Below are positions 23,362 through 32,993 of a stretch of 47,499 nucleotides of DNA, piece by piece. Location of the stretch: contig JBFGLJ010000002.1 of NCBI GenBank assembly GCA_041576235.1, positions 1 through 47,499 on the forward strand, given 5' to 3'. Numbering within the stretch: position 1 is the first letter of the stretch; the number at the start of each line of letters is the position of its first letter. Position numbers and translations under genes: made by a program. Source of the DNA: Gemmatimonadales bacterium (GTDB taxonomy: Bacteria; Gemmatimonadota; Gemmatimonadetes; Gemmatimonadales; GWC2-71-9). The notes beneath the pieces were generated by a model that saw only the letters and a program-made list of their open reading frames with translations, was not told the DNA's origin and did not search any database.

Positions 23362-25070
23362 GCCGTGTGATGGCGCGATGGCGCCGGCTACGCATCCAAA
23401 TCGCCGTTGCCGCACTGGTTGTCTTCCAGTTCTCGTGCGACCCGGCCCCCCGGTACGACGTCGTCATCCGGGGCGGAACGGTCTACGATGGGAGCGGCGG
23501 TGATCCCCTAGCGGCCGACATCGGCATCGACGCCGATTCCATTGTCGAATTCGCCCAGCACATCGCGCGCGAGGGGCGGATCGAGATCGACGCGCACGGC
23601 CTGGTGGTCGCGCCCGGATTCATCAACATGCTGAGTTGGGCCACCGAGAGTTTGCTTGAAGACGGCCGGGCCCAGAGCGACATCCGGCAAGGTGTCACCC
23701 TCGAGGTGTTCGGTGAGGGCTGGTCGATGGGCCCGCTCAACGACACCATGAAGGCGGAGGTCGTCGCGGAACAGGGTGACATCACCTATCCCATACAGTG
23801 GACGACCCTGAACGAGTATCTCGAGCATCTCGTGGCGCGCGGTGTCTCGCCGAACGTCGCGTCGTTCGTAGGGGCCACCACGGTACGCATCCACGAGCTC
23901 GGCCACGACGACCGGCCGCCCACCGCGGCGGAGCTGGAGCGCATGCGCGACCTGGTTCGCCAGGCGATGGAGGAGGGCGCCCTCGGCGTCGGTTCCTCCC
24001 TGATTTACGCCCCGGCGTTCTACGCCTCGACCCAGGAGCTGATCGCGCTGGCCGAAGTGGCCGCGGAGTACGGTGGGATGCACGTCTCACACATTCGGAG
24101 TGAAGGGAATCAACTGCTCCCAGCGCTCGATGAGTTTCTCACCATCGCCCGCGCCGCCGCGGTGCGGTCGGAGATCTACCACCTGAAGGCGGCCGGCCGG
24201 CGGAACTGGCCACGGCTCAACGACGCCATAGCCCGGATCGAGCGGGCCCGGGCGGACGGACTCGAGATCACCGCCGACATCTATACCTATACCGCCGGCG
24301 CCACCGGACTCGACGCGGCCATGCCGCCGTGGGTGCAGGAGGGCGGGCTCGATCGTTGGATCGAGCGGCTCCGCGACCCGGCGATCCGGGGGCGCGTCGC
24401 CCGGGCCATGCGCACCCCGGCGGCCAGCTGGGAGAACCTCTACCTCGCCGCCGGCGGACCGGAGAACGTGCTCCTAGTCGGGTTCAAGCAGGACTCCCTC
24501 AAGCCGCTCACCGGCAAGACGCTGGCCGAGGTCGCGGCCGAGCGCGGCAGGTCGCCCGAGGAGACGGCCATGGACCTCGTCATCCAGGATGGCAGCCGCG
24601 TCAACGCCGTGTACTTCCTCATGTCGGAAGACAACGTGCGCCGGAAGATCGCCCTCCCGTGGGTGCGGTTCGGCTCGGACGCGGCGGCCCTGGCACCGGA
24701 GGGGGTCTTTCTGGCCTCGAATCCCCATCCGCGGGCCTATGGCACGTTCGCAAGGCTCCTCGGCCGCTACGTCCGCGAAGAGCGGATCATTCCGCTCGCC
24801 GAGGCCGTCCGCCGGCTCACGAGTGATCCGGCCACCACGCTCGGGATCGCCCGCCGCGGCATGCTCCGACCCGGCTATCTTGCCGATGTCGTCGTCTTCG
24901 ATGCGCAAGCGGTCATCGATCGCGCCACCTACGATGCGCCCCATCAGTACGCCACGGGCGTAGAGCACGTACTCGTCAACGGAATCCCCGTGCTCGAGAA
25001 CGGTGAGCACACCGGGGCGACACCCGGCCGGGTGGTGCGGGGCCCGGGGTGGAAAGCCGACGCTCCATGA
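23358..25070 (+). CDS. N-acyl-D-amino-acid deacylase (D-aminoacylase, amidohydrolase superfamily), secreted or membrane-anchored
   Basis: YDVVIRGGTVYDGSG, GFINMLSW, HIRSEG, and C-terminal GYLADVVVFD..VLVNG pattern. ATGA overlap with the symporter. Confidence 0.88.
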   Translation: MSRVMARWRRLRIQIAVAALVVFQFSCDPAPRYDVVIRGGTVYDGSGGDPLAADIGIDADSIVEFAQHIAREGRIEIDAHGLVVAPGFINMLSWATESLLEDGRAQSDIRQGVTLEVFGEGWSMGPLNDTMKAEVVAEQGDITYPIQWTTLNEYLEHLVARGVSPNVASFVGATTVRIHELGHDDRPPTAAELERMRDLVRQAMEEGALGVGSSLIYAPAFYASTQELIALAEVAAEYGGMHVSHIRSEGNQLLPALDEFLTIARAAAVRSEIYHLKAAGRRNWPRLNDAIARIERARADGLEITADIYTYTAGATGLDAAMPPWVQEGGLDRWIERLRDPAIRGRVARAMRTPAASWENLYLAAGGPENVLLVGFKQDSLKPLTGKTLAEVAAERGRSPEETAMDLVIQDGSRVNAVYFLMSEDNVRRKIALPWVRFGSDAAALAPEGVFLASNPHPRAYGTFARLLGRYVREERIIPLAEAVRRLTSDPATTLGIARRGMLRPGYLADVVVFDAQAVIDRATYDAPHQYATGVEHVLVNGIPVLENGEHTGATPGRVVRGPGWKADAP

Positions 25071-26152
25071 TTCCGGGAGCGTCGGGCGACGAAATGTCGG
25101 GCGCCGTCCGACGCTTCTTTACCATCGTCATCGGGATCACGGTCGTCGGAACAGTCGGTTTCATGGTGCTCGAGGGATGGGGCCTCCTCGACGCGCTCTA
25201 CATGACGGTGATCACCCTCTCGACCGTCGGCTTCAGCGAGGTCCGTTCGCTCTCGACCGGCGGACGAGTCTTTACCATCGTATTGATTACGGCCGGCGTG
25301 GGGGCCGTCGCGTACTTATTCAGCACCCTTAGCCACTACGTCGTGAGCGGGGCGCTCACCGGATCCTTTCGGAGCCGACGAATGCAACGAACCATCGATC
25401 AACTCAGCGGCCATTTCATCGTGTGCGGCTTCGGCCGCGTGGGGCAGCACGTGGTCGAGGACTTGGAGAGCCGCGGGCAAGACTGCGTGATCATCGAAGA
25501 GGACAAGCAGGTCCTCGACACCCTGGGCAGCAGGCTGGTGGTGCCGGGGGATGCCTCCGATGACGATGTCCTCCGGCAGGCCGGGGTCGACCGCGCCCGC
25601 GGACTGGTCGCCGCCACGGGCGATGACGCCGTGAATCTGTTCGTGACCCTCTCGGCCCGCTCGCTCAACAAGGATCTCTTGATCGTGGCGCGGGCCAATG
25701 ACCCGGCGTCGGAACCCAAGCTGGTGCTCGCGGGCGCCACCCACGCCATCTCGCCGTTCTCGATCAGCGGGCATCGTATCGCCTCGCAGTTGTTGAACCC
25801 GTCGATTACCGATTTCCTCGACGTCGTGATGCGCTCCGCCAACCTCGAGCTGTGGCTCGAGGAGGTCACCGTGGGGGAAGGAAGCGACCTCGACGGGAAG
25901 GACATGGAGGCGGCGATGCTCCGACTCGAAGTAGGTGCCAACATCATCGCGATTCGCCAGACCAATCAGCGCGGGTTCACCTCGGTGCCGGTCGCAGGCT
26001 ATACCATCGAACCCGGCGACGTCCTCATCGCGCTCGGAACGCTCGAGCAGCTCCACGCCCTCTCGCACATGGCCAAGCACCATCCAACCATCCCCCCACC
26101 CCACGCGACCGCCGCGGGCAGGGGCGGGGGCGGGGGCGGGATTTCATCATGA
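25067..26152 (+). CDS. 2-TM ion channel with RCK (TrkA-N + TrkA-C) domains
   Basis: Pore helix plus filter LYMTVITLSTVGFSEV, Rossmann CGFGRVGQHV, and a TrkA-C segment. ATGA overlaps at both ends. Confidence 0.85.
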   Translation: MIPGASGDEMSGAVRRFFTIVIGITVVGTVGFMVLEGWGLLDALYMTVITLSTVGFSEVRSLSTGGRVFTIVLITAGVGAVAYLFSTLSHYVVSGALTGSFRSRRMQRTIDQLSGHFIVCGFGRVGQHVVEDLESRGQDCVIIEEDKQVLDTLGSRLVVPGDASDDDVLRQAGVDRARGLVAATGDDAVNLFVTLSARSLNKDLLIVARANDPASEPKLVLAGATHAISPFSISGHRIASQLLNPSITDFLDVVMRSANLELWLEEVTVGEGSDLDGKDMEAAMLRLEVGANIIAIRQTNQRGFTSVPVAGYTIEPGDVLIALGTLEQLHALSHMAKHHPTIPPPHATAAGRGGGGGGISS

Positions 26153-27330
26153 CGGCGAGCGGCGACGCCGCATTCGCGGAGCGGTTGGTGGCCACCCGGC
26201 GCGACCTCCACCAGCACCCGGAGCTGAGTTGGCAGGAGCGGCGGACCAGCGAGCAGATCCACCGGGCCCTCGACCGTCTTGGCATCGCATCGCGAAGCGC
26301 GTTGGACACCGGCATCATCGCCGACATTCCAGCCAGAAGTGCTGGACACGCCCCCGCTGTCGCGCTTCGGGCGGACATCGATGCCCTCCCAATCACCGAA
26401 GAGACCGGACTCCCCTTCGCATCCGTGCATCAGGGCGTCATGCACGCCTGCGGGCACGACGCGCACACCAGCATGCTGCTCGGGGCCGCAGAACTCCTCA
26501 TGGCGCACGGAGACTTGCCCGCCACGGTGCGGCTCATCTTCCAGCCGGCCGAGGAGATGGGATCGGGGGCCAAAGCCATGATCCAGGCCGGTGCGCTGGA
26601 CGGCGTCGGCCTCATCTTCGGAGGACATGTCGACCGCCACTTCCCGACCGGCACCATCGTCGCCACTGAAGGGGTGGTCAACGCCTCGACCGACGCCTTC
26701 CGAATCACGATCACCGGGCGCGGCGGCCACGCCGCCCGGCCGCACGAAAGCGTGGATGCCGTCGTGGTGACAAGCCTGCTGGTGATGTCGATCCAGACCG
26801 TGGTCTCCCGGGAGGTCGACCCCGCGCATCCCTCCGTGGTGACCGTTGGGCGCTTCGAAGCGGGGACGGCATCCAACGTGATCGCGGCGGAGGCCGTGCT
26901 GGAAGGGACCATCCGAGCCCAGGAACCGGACGTCCGCCGGCACTTGATCGAAGCCATCCGCCGGATCGCCCAGTCGGTCGGGCAGCTGCACGGCGCAGCG
27001 GTAACGGTTGAGATGACCGAGGGCACCCCGCCGCTCGCCAATCCACCCGAGATGGTGGCCCTGGCACGGCGCGCGGCCGAGGGGGTGGTCGGGCCGGCAA
27101 GTGTAACGGCGCTCCACATCGCCAACATGGGCGGTGAAGACTTTTCCTATTATCTGGACCAGGTGCCGGGCTGCTACGTGCGCTTCGGCGCTCAAGTCCC
27201 CGGCCGCGAAGGCTACCCGGCCCATTCGAGCAAGTTCGACATCGATGAGGCCGTCCTGCCGGTCGGCGCGCGCTACTTCTTCGAAGTGGCGAAGCTGGCA
27301 GGCGAGCGCCTCCGGGCCGGCAGCGGGTAG
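26149..27330 (+). CDS. M20D-family amidohydrolase (N-acyl-L-amino acid amidohydrolase / hippurate hydrolase-like)
   Basis: RRDLHQHPELSWQE, MHACGHDAH, GGEDFSYY motifs. Confidence 0.9.
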   Translation: MTASGDAAFAERLVATRRDLHQHPELSWQERRTSEQIHRALDRLGIASRSALDTGIIADIPARSAGHAPAVALRADIDALPITEETGLPFASVHQGVMHACGHDAHTSMLLGAAELLMAHGDLPATVRLIFQPAEEMGSGAKAMIQAGALDGVGLIFGGHVDRHFPTGTIVATEGVVNASTDAFRITITGRGGHAARPHESVDAVVVTSLLVMSIQTVVSREVDPAHPSVVTVGRFEAGTASNVIAAEAVLEGTIRAQEPDVRRHLIEAIRRIAQSVGQLHGAAVTVEMTEGTPPLANPPEMVALARRAAEGVVGPASVTALHIANMGGEDFSYYLDQVPGCYVRFGAQVPGREGYPAHSSKFDIDEAVLPVGARYFFEVAKLAGERLRAGSG

Positions 27331-27331
27331 C

Positions 27332-29173
27332 TCAGGTCGCGGCCACCGGATCGAGCCGGAAGTCGATGCGTCGGGCCGCCCGCGACACGCGCTCGGTGTA
27401 GTCCCGGCCGCCGACGCGTTCCCGGAGGGCGGCGCTCACCGGCACCACCATCACGGCGGGCTCCCAGGACACCGACTGGCCGGTCGCGGCATCCCGCACC
27501 TGCCCCGCCTCCAGCGCCGCGCTGGCGCGGGCCAGCGGTCGATCGCCCAGCACCCGGTGCAGCGCCTCGAAGCTGGCTTGCTTCTCGGGATCGACGAACC
27601 GCAGATACCGCTTCCCCAAGACCGCCATATAGTAGTGCGATGGGACGAAGGCGATGCCATCCAGGCCGAGGGCGCGGCACATGGCAATCAGCCATCCGAA
27701 GATCTCGCGCAGCATCCCGAGCCCGGGATGCTCCTGGCCCGGGAGCCGCGGGTGATCGGCCGAGAAGGACGCGCGAGGGTTCTGGAGCAGCAGCCACTCG
27801 ACGAAGATCACCTCGCTATCCGGCACGACCCGCCGGGTCCGGCCCATCTTGAGCTCCATCAGCAAGGCGGACCGCTCCGGATCGGCGTAGAGCCGGATGG
27901 TGGGCACGCCGCCCGACGCGCGGACGATGTCGAGATGCGGGTTGGCGTATCCCAGCACTCGGATATGGTCCAGAAACTCCACCCGCTCCAGCATGAGCTC
28001 GATGCCGTGCTTCGAGTAGTGATCCAGCACCCGGTCGTGGCTCGCCCCCGTGGCCACCGCCCCCCAGAGTTCGGCTTCCGAGAGATCCCACCCCCCGCCG
28101 GCACCCGCTATGTCGCCTACGCGGGGCGTGCTGAACTCCGGGTGTTGAATCGCGTCGGCGAGGTCACGGATGCGCTCGAGGACACGCGCCATCTGGCTCG
28201 GCGGCTCGATGACGGTACCGGAGAGGAGCCAGGCGAAGAACCGCGCGGAATACCGCCACGCCTCATCCCCGTATCCACCGCCGAGCAGGATGGCGACCGC
28301 CGGGCCGCCGGCACCCCGCACGGTTTCGAGCACAAAGCGGTCTCGCGCAAGCATCCCATCGTGGGAGAGCTCCCAATCCCCGAGCCGGTCGTCCGCGGCC
28401 GCGTCCGTGCCGGCCACGTAGAGCACCAAGGTGGGCCGGTGCGCCCGGACGACTGGGGGCAGCTCCCGCCGCAGAGTGTCGAGCAGGACGTCGTCCGTCA
28501 CGCCGGGGCCCAGGGCGATGCTGGTGTCCGCCACGGCCGGCGTGTCGTCCCAGGCGGTGTGGTGGATGGACAGCGTGTACACCGACGGGTCCGTGGCGAA
28601 CGCAGCGCGCGTCCCGTTGCCGTCGTGCATGTCCAGGTCGACGACGAGCACCGGGCGGTCGAAGCCCTTGGCGCGGAGCCGGGCAATGCTCACGGCAATG
28701 TCATTGAACACGCAAAAGCCCATGCCTCTCTCGGGTGTCGCGTGATGGAAGCCCCCACCCAGATTGACACCGATCCGCTCCCGGCCCAATGCGATGCGGG
28801 TGGCCTGAATGGTCCCGCCCACCATGAGCCGCTGGAGATCGAGCACCGCTTCCAGCTCGGCCTCGGTGACGGTGATGCCGAGGATCTCGGTCAGGGTCTC
28901 GGGCCGTTGGAGTCGCTCGAGATAGGCGGCGGAATGAACGGCGAGGACACGGTGGAGGGCGACGGGCCTGGGGCGATCGACGTCCCGGCGGCCCACCAGG
29001 CCCTGATCTTGGAGGAAGGCGAGGATGCGCTCGCCGCGGCGGGCATCCATGGGAACGCCGCTCACGCTACGGGCGTACCGCGGATCGTACACGAATCCCG
29101 CTGGAGCCCGGGCAAGCCGCCGCCGCATGGCGTGCCACATGCGTCGCAATCGGAACGGTGACGAGCCCGTCAC
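27332..29173 (-). CDS. histone deacetylase-family (arginase fold) deacylase fused to about 250-aa uncharacterised C-terminal domain
   Basis: GGGFHHA, VVDLDMHDGNGT, GGGY HDAC motifs in the first ~330 aa. No motif recognised in the remaining ~280 aa. Confidence 0.82.
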   Translation of the reverse strand: MTGSSPFRLRRMWHAMRRRLARAPAGFVYDPRYARSVSGVPMDARRGERILAFLQDQGLVGRRDVDRPRPVALHRVLAVHSAAYLERLQRPETLTEILGITVTEAELEAVLDLQRLMVGGTIQATRIALGRERIGVNLGGGFHHATPERGMGFCVFNDIAVSIARLRAKGFDRPVLVVDLDMHDGNGTRAAFATDPSVYTLSIHHTAWDDTPAVADTSIALGPGVTDDVLLDTLRRELPPVVRAHRPTLVLYVAGTDAAADDRLGDWELSHDGMLARDRFVLETVRGAGGPAVAILLGGGYGDEAWRYSARFFAWLLSGTVIEPPSQMARVLERIRDLADAIQHPEFSTPRVGDIAGAGGGWDLSEAELWGAVATGASHDRVLDHYSKHGIELMLERVEFLDHIRVLGYANPHLDIVRASGGVPTIRLYADPERSALLMELKMGRTRRVVPDSEVIFVEWLLLQNPRASFSADHPRLPGQEHPGLGMLREIFGWLIAMCRALGLDGIAFVPSHYYMAVLGKRYLRFVDPEKQASFEALHRVLGDRPLARASAALEAGQVRDAATGQSVSWEPAVMVVPVSAALRERVGGRDYTERVSRAARRIDFRLDPVAAT

Positions 29174-29209
29174 GTCGGTCTCAGGGTCATGCCCCGGGCC
29201 ACCGGTTAG

Positions 29210-29902
29210 TCAGAGGGTCAAACCGAAGCCGGCATGCAGGTGAAAGGCGACGTTGGGAACGGTGGCGTGGCCGTTCGGGATCGGGACCCGGGCGTAGGAC
29301 CCGGATACCTTGCCGCCTAGGCTGACGTGCCACCCGCCCTTGACCCGGAAGTTCCGTTGGGCCGAGAGCAAGATCGTGCCGCCGGACCAGTAGTATCCCG
29401 CCCCCAGGAGCGGCTGCAGGAAGCCCTTGTCGTCGGCCTCGTCGAGCCCGCGGATCTTGACGTCGGGGTTGGCGAGCACCACCCCCGCGCCGGCGGCGAG
29501 GATGAGATGGCCGAGCTTCCACCCCCGGCTCAACGAGAAGATCGTGTAGCCGTTGGTGATTTGGAACTTCTCGACCTCGGGCGCCGGGGGGTCCTCCATG
29601 TGCAGCTTGTGGTGCAGAAACCCGATGATCCATCCCCGGCTTCCACTCCACAACCCCACCTGGATATCGTAGTACGGGAATCCGGTGAACGGGCGTGTCG
29701 AGAAATTCGCCTCATCGATTCGGATATCGGGAAACCCATCTTGGGAGATGGTGACCGGAGTGCGCAGACTCCACGCATCGCCGGTGGCGAAGTCGACGGT
29801 GACCTGGCTGGCCGCCGGAACAGCTGCGACGAGGCTGGCGGCAAAGGCGAGCGACATGCAGCGTCCAGCGGAGCGCAACCGGGGAAAGTGCAGGATCTTC
29901 AC
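29210..29902 (-). CDS. putative outer-membrane beta-barrel protein
   Basis: Signal peptide (SLAFAASLVAAVPAASQ) and alternating hydrophobic beta-strand pattern, Gly/aromatic-rich. Sits 36 nt upstream of the HDAC-family gene on the same strand. Confidence 0.55.
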   Translation of the reverse strand: MKILHFPRLRSAGRCMSLAFAASLVAAVPAASQVTVDFATGDAWSLRTPVTISQDGFPDIRIDEANFSTRPFTGFPYYDIQVGLWSGSRGWIIGFLHHKLHMEDPPAPEVEKFQITNGYTIFSLSRGWKLGHLILAAGAGVVLANPDVKIRGLDEADDKGFLQPLLGAGYYWSGGTILLSAQRNFRVKGGWHVSLGGKVSGSYARVPIPNGHATVPNVAFHLHAGFGLTL

Positions 29903-30050
29903 GTCACCCGATCCCTAGCATCGAGGGGACTCAATCATAGCCCGGATCACGAGCACCGCCAACCACGGAGGCGTACGCCGGGCACACGCTCCACCTCCGC
30001 GTTAGACTTGGGAGCGATCGCTCCCTCCTGGGATGCGAGAAAGGAACAGC

Positions 30051-30791
30051 ATGCCGCAGCCTCCTGGTCCGCATACCGTGCCCGACCCGCGCGAGCGGCG
30101 GCGTCCCTTCTTGCGGGCCCGCTGGTCCAACCTCGTCTTGCTGACCTACGCCGTCCCCGACGAGCTGGTGCAGCCATTCTTGCATCCGGCGCTCGACCTC
30201 GATCGCTGGGAGGACCACGCCCATGTCAGTCTGGTGGCCTTCGACTTCCAAGACACCCGCGTTCGGGGCCGCCGCTTTCCCGGACTCGTCAACTTTCCCG
30301 AGATCAACCTGCGGACCTACGTGCGTCACGGGGATGAGCGCGGGGTCTTGTTCATTCGTGAATTCGTGCCCAGCCGGATCATCGCCATTGTCGCTCGCTT
30401 GCGGTACAACGAACCCTACACCGCCATCGACATGTCCAGCGCCACGACCGGCAAGGGACACGACCTCGCAGTGACGCACCGCTGGCGCCACAACGGGGTG
30501 AAGGGACACCTCAGTATCAGCGGCTCGCAACAGTCGACGCTTCCCAGCGAGCCGGACCGCTATCCGTTCAAGGAACATCACAAGGGATTCGGTGTCTCCC
30601 GCCGCGGGGAACTGGTCAGCTATCGGGTCGAGCATCCCGAGTGGGCCGTGCGCGAGATCCACGCCCTGGATCTTCAGGTGGATTTCGCATCGCTGTATGG
30701 CCCGTCTTGGGCCGGGCTCCAGGACGCCACCCCTGTCAAGACTACCTTTGCCGTCGGGTCGCCGGTCGAGGTCTTCCCGCCCGGACGCTAG
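30051..30791 (+). CDS. DUF2071 (YqjF-like) family protein
   Basis: RARWSNLVLLTYAVP...VSLVAFDF...FPEINLRTYV pattern. Start at ATG 30051. Confidence 0.75.
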   Translation: MPQPPGPHTVPDPRERRRPFLRARWSNLVLLTYAVPDELVQPFLHPALDLDRWEDHAHVSLVAFDFQDTRVRGRRFPGLVNFPEINLRTYVRHGDERGVLFIREFVPSRIIAIVARLRYNEPYTAIDMSSATTGKGHDLAVTHRWRHNGVKGHLSISGSQQSTLPSEPDRYPFKEHHKGFGVSRRGELVSYRVEHPEWAVREIHALDLQVDFASLYGPSWAGLQDATPVKTTFAVGSPVEVFPPGR

Positions 30792-30800
30792 CTCGGGCGC

Positions 30801-31778
30801 CTAAGGCGCCTCGCGCCCCGCAGGACGTGGGGTTTCCTCGGCCGGAGCGGCCAGACCGCTGGGGCGGCCGGGGGGAGCGCGCCGGGCCGGGCCACCGGGA
30901 CGGGCACCGGGATGCGCCCGCGCGGACGTGATCAAGCCGACGGCGGCAAGGATCACGAGCGCGGCGAGCATGGTCCGCGGGGCCAGTCCCTCGCCGCCCA
31001 AGAGCCAGCCGAGCAGCACGGCGACGACCGGATTCACATAGGCTGCGGTCGATACCCGGGCAGGGGTGCTCACCCGCAGGAGCCACACGTAGGCCGAATA
31101 GGTGATGAGTGAGCCGAACACGATGAGGTAGCCGAGCGCCAGCAGCGAACGGGCGGTGATGGCGGAGAGATGCACCGCGGCCCATTCACCACCGGCCGTC
31201 GCGCCACCGAGCAGCAGCGTGCCCCCCGCCAGCATGGCCATGGCGGTGAAGAGGAGCGGTGACGCCGGCTTTCGGGCTCGGAGCGAGAAGATGGATCCCA
31301 TGGCCCAGCAGAGCCCCGCGCCCATGAGCGCGAGCGCGCCGGCCAGGTCGACACCGCCGCCACCCACGACCTGGGCAGGGCTCACCAAGATCACGACCCC
31401 GAAGAACCCGGTGATCAATCCGGCGACGATCTGCCGGGTCGGACGCGGTCCGCCCCGCCACCACCAGTCGAGCAAGACCATGAAAAAGGGTGTAGTGGCA
31501 ACGATCAGCGCCGCGACGCCGGACGGCACGCGTTGCTCAGCCCAGACGACGCCCCCGTTCCCACCCGCCAGCATGAGTCCCCCAACCACCATCGCGCTGA
31601 GCCAATGCGTCCTGTCCGGTCTGGGAACGCCCCGCCAACGGCACCATGCGTAGAGCAACGTCCCAGCAATGAAGAAGCGCGTTCCGGCCATGAGGAACGG
31701 CGGCAGGGTTTCGATGGCGAACTTGATGGCGAGGTAGGTGGAGCCCCAGACCAGGTAGATGGCCGCAAAGGCCAGCAC
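30801..31778 (-). CDS. EamA/DMT-family transporter
   Basis: 10-TM duplicated EamA pattern (IYLVWGSTYLAIKFAIE; ITYSAYVWLLR). GTG start. Confidence 0.85.
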   Translation of the reverse strand: MLAFAAIYLVWGSTYLAIKFAIETLPPFLMAGTRFFIAGTLLYAWCRWRGVPRPDRTHWLSAMVVGGLMLAGGNGGVVWAEQRVPSGVAALIVATTPFFMVLLDWWWRGGPRPTRQIVAGLITGFFGVVILVSPAQVVGGGGVDLAGALALMGAGLCWAMGSIFSLRARKPASPLLFTAMAMLAGGTLLLGGATAGGEWAAVHLSAITARSLLALGYLIVFGSLITYSAYVWLLRVSTPARVSTAAYVNPVVAVLLGWLLGGEGLAPRTMLAALVILAAVGLITSARAHPGARPGGPARRAPPGRPSGLAAPAEETPRPAGREAP

Positions 31779-31830
31779 CAGTCTGAGAACGGCCGGCTCA
31801 TCCCCCCCACCTGGACCGGCCGGGGGAGTC

Positions 31831-32958
31831 CTAGTCTCGGTCAGCGGCAGGAGGAGTCACGTCAGATGCGGACGGTTCCGACGCCGTTGGCTGTGGCGGC
31901 GAGGCTCGGCTGGGGCCTGTTGGAGCGGCCGAGTGCCCCCCGCCCCCGCTGTCGGCTGGGCCCGCCGGGACGGTGAGGTATTCCTCCCGGTACATGCGGA
32001 TCAGCTCAAAGAGGTAGGACAGCGCGAGCGGGCCAATCAGGATCCCCAGAAGCCCGAAGAACCTCACGCCGGCAAACGCGCCGACCAGGGTCAGCATCGG
32101 ATGGATATTGGCCCACCGCTGATAGATCATCGGCCGCAAGAAGTTGTCGATGTTGCCGACGAGCACCAGGCCCCACAGACCCATGAACACAGCCGCCCCG
32201 ATACGCTGATCGATCACCAGGGCGATGGTAGCGGGCAGCCACACCACGCCACTTCCCACAACGGGAAGAATCGAAAACACGCCGGTGACGACGCCCCAGA
32301 AGAACGGATTCGACAACCCGGTCCACCAGAACGCCATGCCAACCAAGGCCCCCTGCACCGCGGCAATGAGTCCGGTCCCGACCAGCGTCGAGTTGGTGAC
32401 ATCGCGAAAGCGGGTGCGCAGTCGTTCGGTGCTTCCGGTAGAAAACGGAATGTACGGGCGGACCGCTTGCCAAGTGGACTCCGGGTACAGCAGCAGGTAA
32501 TACAGGCCAAACAGCGCAATGGTGAAGTTGAGAGCGGCCCGCGTCGCGGTGCCGACGAGGCCCACCGCGCTCCGCCCCATCCACGACACGACTTGCTCGC
32601 CGAGGCCGGCGATTTGCGGACCCACTTCATACTGGCCGATGCGGAGTTCCGAGAGCCGGGTCAGAATCGGACTCCGGATCACGCCGCCGGCAATTTGCTG
32701 CCCTTCGGTGGCGACCAAACCCACCAGGGAGACGCCGGGCCCGACGATCAACACCAGGGCCAGCACCACCACCAATGCCGCTGCGATGCGTGGCTTGAGC
32801 CAGCGGCTGAGCCAGCGATGGAGCGGCCGGAAAATGACAAAGAGGACCGGGATCCCAATGAGCCCGGTGGCGAACGGGGCCAACGCAAAGGCGAGCCCCA
32901 ATCCCAAGACGGCGATGAGGGCCGCGGCGCGTTGATGCTTGGTATCCAGAAAGGGCAT
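31831..32958 (-). CDS. AI-2E family transporter (PerM/UPF0118)
   Basis: Multi-TM protein with conserved C-terminal GLLGILIGPL pattern and a Pro/Ala-rich tail. Confidence 0.82.
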   Translation of the reverse strand: MPFLDTKHQRAAALIAVLGLGLAFALAPFATGLIGIPVLFVIFRPLHRWLSRWLKPRIAAALVVVLALVLIVGPGVSLVGLVATEGQQIAGGVIRSPILTRLSELRIGQYEVGPQIAGLGEQVVSWMGRSAVGLVGTATRAALNFTIALFGLYYLLLYPESTWQAVRPYIPFSTGSTERLRTRFRDVTNSTLVGTGLIAAVQGALVGMAFWWTGLSNPFFWGVVTGVFSILPVVGSGVVWLPATIALVIDQRIGAAVFMGLWGLVLVGNIDNFLRPMIYQRWANIHPMLTLVGAFAGVRFFGLLGILIGPLALSYLFELIRMYREEYLTVPAGPADSGGGGHSAAPTGPSRASPPQPTASEPSASDVTPPAADRD

Positions 32959-32993
32959 GAAGGCGTCGGGTCGCGAGGCGGTTGAAGGCTAGG

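Noticed and set aside
26115-26140. GGGGCGGGGGCGGGGGCGGG G-quadruplex-like tract
   Set aside because: It lies in frame at the 3' end of the channel gene, encoding a poly-Gly tail. There is no independent evidence of a structural or regulatory role.
27134-29161. 675-aa + strand ORF
   Set aside because: Antisense to the HDAC-family gene, with no recognisable motifs and Arg/Gly/Pro-rich composition. It is a shadow ORF.
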